In this document: in pieces, positions 62,425-64,000 of the stretch
How the letters are laid out: every line of letters starts with the position of its first letter
How positions within the stretch are numbered: the stretch's first letter is position 1
From: Raillietiella orientalis
Lineage: Eukaryota
NCBI GenBank assembly: GCA_036172245.1
Contig: JAYWIR010000038.1
Coordinates: forward strand, 186,001 to 250,000
Reading direction: 5' to 3'
DNA length: 64,000 bases
Translations under genes and position numbers: made by a program
The notes under the pieces: model-generated
Databases searched by the model: none
The model's input: only the letters and a program-made list of their open reading frames with translations
Told to the model about the DNA's origin: nothing

Positions 62425-63289
62425 CCTCAAGCTGATAAGAACAGGGACGCGGATTCGGTGGTCTTCTCTTTTCCCTTGCTGGCTCTCCAATTTCTGTAGA
62501 ATCGTCCACCTTTTCAGGGAGGTCTTACGCAGTTCCTCTTTAACGCTGTCCGCGCCATCCGAGGGTGCGTGTGACTCTTCAAGGTATGGGGTGCCCCGGG
62601 AAGGGATCACCCTATGCATCCAAGAAGGCTCCAGAGGAAGGAGTCCGTTCCTCTCTTACGCTTGGGAGGGAACTCTGAAGGGAACCTCCTCTTCCTTGTT
62701 CTTTCCTGGAGAGGTCCCAGGAGGGGGTCTCTCATTTTATTCTCCGAAGAAGACCCAGAAAAAATCCGCTTTTAAAATTTCTTTCTCCGGAGGGAGCCCT
62801 CAAGGGATTCGCTCCTGGTTTCCTCCTCTAAAGAGAATCTTGAAGAAGCGCTTCCAATTTCTCAGAAGGACGCACCCCCAAAGGGAGCAACGCTCTTGAC
62901 ACTTTGGAGAGGCAGCCCTCGAGGGGGTATCAACCAGCTCCATGATACGCGATGGAAGGTCCCCCCCCCAAGGGTGGAGGAGATTTCCTCTTCACCACCG
63001 AAGGGAAACCCCGGAAAGCTCCCCAATTCCCAGAAGAACCTCGGAGGGTCAAATTCCAGTCCCGTCCAGTCAACGGGGTCATCCGTTTTTTTTACCAGTG
63101 CCGCAGCAACCGAAGCCCGTGATTCGGCCAGCATCACTCTGCTGAGGGAAGGGTGTAACTCGAAACTCACGACGCACCCCTTCCCCCCCCCATTTCTCGG
63201 AGGGTGGACCTTTCCTCCAATGGGATCCGAACCCGTGACTCTCGGTGCCACTAGCGGAGGCCGCAGCCACACAGCGCCGCGGACCGAAA
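62425..63289 (-). mobile_element. SINE-like element copy I (diverged, full length) with 10-bp TSD
   Basis: Head GGTCCGCGGCGCTGTGTGGCTGCGG...GGCACC..CACGGGTTCGGATCCC; collinear body; GATTCGGGGA at 62415-62424 and 63290-63299. Confidence 0.8.
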
Positions 63290-64000
63290 GATTCGGGGAT
63301 CAGCCGGCACCCGCGGGAGTGCTTCCCGGTGCCGAAGGGGGAGGTGCGGGGTTGGCCTTGAGCTGAATGGGACTCAGGACGCGTGGGACTCCGGTAATCC
63401 AGACGTGCCGGCTTTCCGCCGACGGGATGGAAGTCATCATCAGCCCCGTGACGCAAATCGGGGATGCATCGAGCGGAATGGATGAGACTCCGGCCATCTC
63501 ATAAAACGGGACCAGGGGAAGATTTTTCACCGTCAGGGTGACTCGCGGGGATGGAAATCTCGTGAGGAAGCTTCCCTCCAAAAACCGGGGATTGGCGACG
63601 GGGCGGGGATGGATGGGAGGCGGAGGACCTATTTGTTCCGCGGGGGGAGATGGATGCCCGTTTTATGCAAAAAAAACCCTCCTGCGAAGGCGCGGCGGCG
63701 CTCCAGGCGGCAGCAACCACGGAGGCGGCGCCCAGCTTGGAAACGGCACGCTTTCCCCGGAAAATGATCTGGCAGTGGTTCTGGAACCCTCTGGTTCACC
63801 CAGCCAGACTACGAGGATGGCGCAAGACCGTAGGGACAGTCCCTGAAACACCTTTTGGTGTTTTTTTTTTCGGATGCTTTCTCCCGCCATCAGACTTCGA
63901 ATTCTTTGTCTTCTTTTTTTCTTTTTTAAAAAAAGCACCTATGAAAACCGGGCTGGTGAGCAACGAAATAAGCGGCATCTGACTGAGAACAAATTGGGGA

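Overview
Eukaryotic genomic DNA, most likely a compact-intron invertebrate (GT-AG introns of 45-60 nt). An AT-rich island near the start holds a complete four-exon GET1/WRB gene (3240-3918, +). Two minus-strand protein genes could not be assigned to a family (7304-8568; exons from about 26060 down to 16495). Most of the rest is nested, GC-rich retroelement debris. The first class is many decayed L1/Tx1-clade non-LTR retrotransposon pieces: ORF1 remnants, RT domain 0, the thumb GGLG motif and the C-terminal CX2C..H..C zinc finger. Their 3' ends are AATAAA followed by a conserved CCCGG-N5-CCGGG hairpin, with no long poly(A). The second class is about ten copies of an unusually long (~700-1000 nt) tRNA-headed, SINE-like element with 2-3 B-box-like motifs and an internal ~40-nt modular array; some copies have 10-13 bp target-site duplications (TSDs). 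The most notable structure is a 2.69-kb insertion (44051-46741) in which this SINE is fused to an L1 3' half lacking the RT core, all inside one 10-bp TSD. No prokaryotic genes, CRISPR array or intact autonomous element were found. Boundaries of decayed elements are approximate and were read by eye.
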